Origin: a virus
DNA length: 13,376 nt
Reading direction: 5' to 3' (one strand)
IMG/VR virus record: IMGVR_UViG_3300031760_000017
A program made the translations under genes and the position numbers. Below are positions 12,625 to 13,376 of this stretch, in pieces. A model generated the notes under the pieces. That model was given only the letters and a program-made list of their open reading frames with translations, did not search any database and was not told the origin of the DNA. Position 1 is the first letter of the stretch. Every line of letters starts with the position of its first letter.

Positions 12625-12700
12625 CGGGGCGTAGCGAAGTTTGGTTTATCGCGCCTGATTTGGGTTCAGGAGACCGCAGGTTCAAATCCTGTCGCCCCGA
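12625..12700 (+). tRNA. tRNA-Pro (anticodon UGG)
   Basis: Acceptor CGGGGCG/CGCCCCG is perfect. D-arm GCGA-11-nt loop-TCGC. Anticodon stem CCTGA/TCAGG with loop TTTGGGT. T-arm GCAGG-TTCAAAT-CCTGT. Confidence 0.85.
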
Positions 12701-12702
12701 CT

Positions 12703-12775
12703 GTGGATATAGCATAATTGGTAATGCAGCGGATTGTGGATCCGCCGAGTGAGGGTTCAATCCCCTCTATCCACC
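12703..12775 (+). tRNA. tRNA-His (anticodon GUG), copy 2; C73 discriminator but no G-1 encoded
   Basis: Acceptor GTGGATA/TATCCAC is perfect. D-arm GCAT-AATTGGTAA-TGC. Anticodon stem GCGGA/TCCGC with loop TTGTGGA. T-arm GAGGG-TTCAATC-CCCTC. Discriminator C. Confidence 0.75.
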
Positions 12776-12804
12776 TGACTTAATTATAAAAAGGAGAAAA
12801 TAAA

Positions 12805-13209
12805 ATGGGTTATTATGCAATATATGCTTATGAAAATATGTATGGCGGTCTTCATGGAATAAATGATTATGCAGTAGTAGAAGCTGATTCTTATGAAATG
12901 GCAGAGAAATTTGCTGCAGAACTTTCAAGTGATGTTATAGACTCCTATCTTGACGATGAAGAAATTCGTGAAGCTGCGGGGATTGATGAAGATGATGTCT
13001 TTTTTACAGATGAAGATGATAAGCTTGATGATTTTTATGCAGAAGATATTGCATATGACATTTACACTCTGGATGAATCTAAAATTAGAGATGAAATATC
13101 ATTAAATTCTTATGCAGATGAATTTAGAGACGACCCGCATGAATTTATTGAAAAATATAAAGTTAAAGGAGAAGATAAATTTTATGAATTTTATGATAGT
13201 CTCTTTTAA
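12805..13209 (+). CDS. Highly acidic protein (134 aa), candidate DNA-mimic or anti-restriction-like protein
   Basis: RBS AAAAAGGAGAAAATAAA then ATG; TAA stop. The translation is Asp/Glu-rich throughout, with stretches such as DEDDVFFTDEDDKLDDFYAEDIAYD. Confidence 0.6.
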   Translation: MGYYAIYAYENMYGGLHGINDYAVVEADSYEMAEKFAAELSSDVIDSYLDDEEIREAAGIDEDDVFFTDEDDKLDDFYAEDIAYDIYTLDESKIRDEISLNSYADEFRDDPHEFIEKYKVKGEDKFYEFYDSLF

Positions 13210-13220
13210 CTATCTAATTA

Positions 13221-13293
<73 letters not shown>

Positions 13294-13326
13294 TAAGTAA
13301 GTTTTTTATAGAAAAGGAGATAAAAA

Positions 13327-13376
13327 TGAGCCGTTCTTATAAGAAAACTGCGTATTGTGGAGACCACAAAGGAAAA
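13327..13376 (+). CDS. 5' end of a CDS running off the window (MSRSYKKTAYCGDHKGK...)
   Basis: RBS GAAAAGGAGATAAAA then ATG at 13327; open to the window end. Confidence 0.4.

Overview
The window is a + strand-only, AT-rich region with Shine-Dalgarno sites of the AAGGAGA type. It looks like part of a large virulent phage of a low-GC, Firmicutes-like host; that assignment is an inference from gene content and architecture. About the first 5.4 kb is a run of small genes, each preceded by an almost identical sigma-70-type promoter, and includes a phage-encoded sigma-70-family sigma factor at 4538-5389. From about 4.3 kb to the end lies a dense tRNA island of roughly 20 canonical tRNAs plus several aberrant tRNA-like elements. 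The tRNAs are interleaved with small ORFs, repeated promoters, a few intrinsic terminators and several 200-500 bp ORF-free, GC-richer spacers that look like structured RNA. The main finding is a class-I tRNA with anticodon CUA (amber suppressor) at 8402-8475 together with a gene (2722-3477) that has a strong RBS and ATG but an in-frame TAG at codon 18. That suggests amber stop-codon read-through or recoding, while TAA is the normal terminator throughout the window. Other points of note are a tRNA-Ile(UAU), two class-I tRNAs carrying leucine anticodons (UAG, CAA), two His(GUG) tRNAs, pseudo-tRNA fragments, and short conserved repeats at transcript 5' ends. All calls are by eye from the sequence; no homology searches were run.
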